From Takakia lepidozioides (lineage: Eukaryota; Plantae; Bryophyta): a DNA stretch of 64,000 bases. Under the pieces are notes generated by a model. The model saw nothing but the letters and a program-made list of their open reading frames with translations. It searched no databases and had not been told where the DNA came from. The first letter of the stretch is position 1. Every line of letters starts with the position of its first letter. Positions 62,494 through 64,000 of this stretch are shown here, in pieces. The position numbers and the translations under genes were made by a program. The stretch covers positions 1-64,000 of the forward strand of contig CM060732.1 in assembly GCA_030704615.1 (NCBI GenBank), written 5' to 3'.

Positions 62494-63835
62494 TCTATAA
62501 GACACAGAGTGAGAACTGCTTCAGTTCTCAATTCCTCATACTCTACAGGATTCACCACTTTTGCACACAACTTCTTAAATACACGACATACTCGCAAAAT
62601 GGCCCTTCGAGGACACTTGGCATGAGCCCACGGATAGCAAGCGGTATAATTTGCTGCATGAGCACATGATAGTCATGTGATTTCATGCCAGACAACTTCT
62701 TCTTCACCACATGCTTTTTGAAAGCTGATGCGTAGCCTGTTGGCACTTTCAAGTTCTGCACAATCTCCAGAAAGACTTGTAACTCAGCCTCAGTGAGGAC
62801 ATAAGGGACAGGAGGCATAATTAACGTATCTGCTCTGTCAGGATCACGTTGTAGCCACAATTCTGGGCGCATCCCAAGTAGCTCCAAATCACGGCGAACT
62901 TTCAATGTGTCTTTCTCACCAAAGATAGTTTTAATAATATTTTCAGCCAAGTTCTTCTCGCAATGCATTGCGTCAAACGTGTGGCGGATGAGGAGACCCT
63001 ACAAAATGAACACATAAGCAATTGAGCATTTACTCATCACAATTTAAACAAAAAACACAAAAATGTACACAGCCAATTTAAAGGCCATGAAGGAATTACC
63101 TCCCAATAAGGTAAGACATATAGAATTGACAATCGCTTAACTCCATGAGTTTTTGCTGGGTCTGTCCTGCTATCTGGCGTCCCTCCGTTTTCCACCCATG
63201 CAGTGCGAGTTGTTGCAAGTTCCTTGATTTGTGTTCCAGTCTGCGTTTTTGGAGGAGTTCCATGCTCAGTAGCGCCATTGAACATTCTTGACCTTCTATA
63301 TGGATGATTGCGGGCCAAAAATCTTCGGTGGCCTAGGAAAACAATTTTTCCACATGTGTGTAACTGCTGTGAAGTCACCCCGGGTCCACAAGCTGGACAA
63401 CCAGCATAACCTTTCGTCACTTGACCTGAGAGCAAGCCATATGCAGGGTAGTCATGGATTGACCACATCAACACTGCCCTCAGTGTGAATTCGCGTTGAC
63501 CACGAGGACGGGAAACATCATGAACTGCAATCCCTCTCCATAGTTCCAGTAGCTCTTCCACTAGGGGCATCAGGTAAACATCTACGTTGTCCGAGGTAAC
63601 AGACTCCTTACCAGGAATCAGTAGCGCTAACATGACAAAGAACTTTTTGGTCATTAACCATGGAGGCAGATTGTAATTGACCAAGAGAACGGGCCATGTG
63701 CTCCAACTTGTGGATTGAGCTCCGTAGGGATTTACACCGTCTAAGGCCAATCCAAATCGCAGAGATCGTGGCTCTGCAGCAAAATCCGCAAATGTGGTGT
63801 CAATGTGTCTCCATGCTTTGCTATCAGCTGGATGT
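62494..63835 (-). pseudogene. CACTA (En/Spm) Tnp2-like transposase fragment
   Basis: ALDGVNPY..STWPVLLVNYNLPPW..DVYLMPLVEELLELW..IHDYPAYG..GCPAC; intron 63099-62999; RHTFDAMHCEKN..GMKSHDYHVLMQQIIP. Interrupted at 63836 by an LTR. Confidence 0.92.
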
Positions 63836-64000
63836 TGTTAGAGGACTGTAGGGGACTTAGACACTTATACGGGATCTGTAGGGTACCCTTAATTTTTGCA
63901 CAGACTGAGACAAACAGGAACCTTAGGGGTGACAGCAGCGCACTGTAGAGGGGGGTTACATAGCCCACACAGCCGACACAGCAGTCACAGCCCACACAGC
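63836..64000 (+). repeat. Start of a G1-family LTR inserted in the CACTA transposase
   Basis: TGTTAGAGGACTGTAGGGGACTTAG...; runs off the window. Confidence 0.9.

Noticed and set aside
61938-62669. ORFs spanning the N run
   Set aside because: Artefacts of the assembly gap; adjacency across the gap is unverified.

Overview
Repeat-dense, gene-poor eukaryotic DNA, most likely from a non-seed land plant (PLS-type PPR and OSB-like fragments, spliceosomal introns, group-I-chromodomain Gypsy). I found no intact host gene. The window is a nest of decayed transposons. (i) A non-chromovirus Gypsy family ('G1'; LTR TGTTAGAGG...GCGACA, TGGCGACC PBS) in four pieces. (ii) A chromovirus Gypsy family in two larger copies plus a solo LTR and fragments. 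(iii) Two related Mutator-like (MULE) DNA elements: 7648-15138 with a perfect 10-bp TSD, and 41536-53033. (iv) CACTA, Sola-like and Penelope-like remnants. The most striking feature is in the second MULE. Divergent from its DDE/SWIM transposase it carries an intron-containing gene that joins a ParB/Srx-like N-terminal domain (DGNHR) to a beta-class amino-DNA-methyltransferase-like domain (DLVIVDIPNG...REKSP). Its non-coding DNA holds roughly 35-40 copies of a near-palindrome, GAAGTC-N6-GACTTC. The sister MULE holds a related perfect palindrome (ATGAATTTCGGCGCCGAAATTCAT). Two further ParB-like gene fragments lie at about 1.3-2.1 kb and 37.1-37.3 kb. All copies here are pseudogenised. Domain calls come from motif recognition by eye, counts are approximate, and function is inference.
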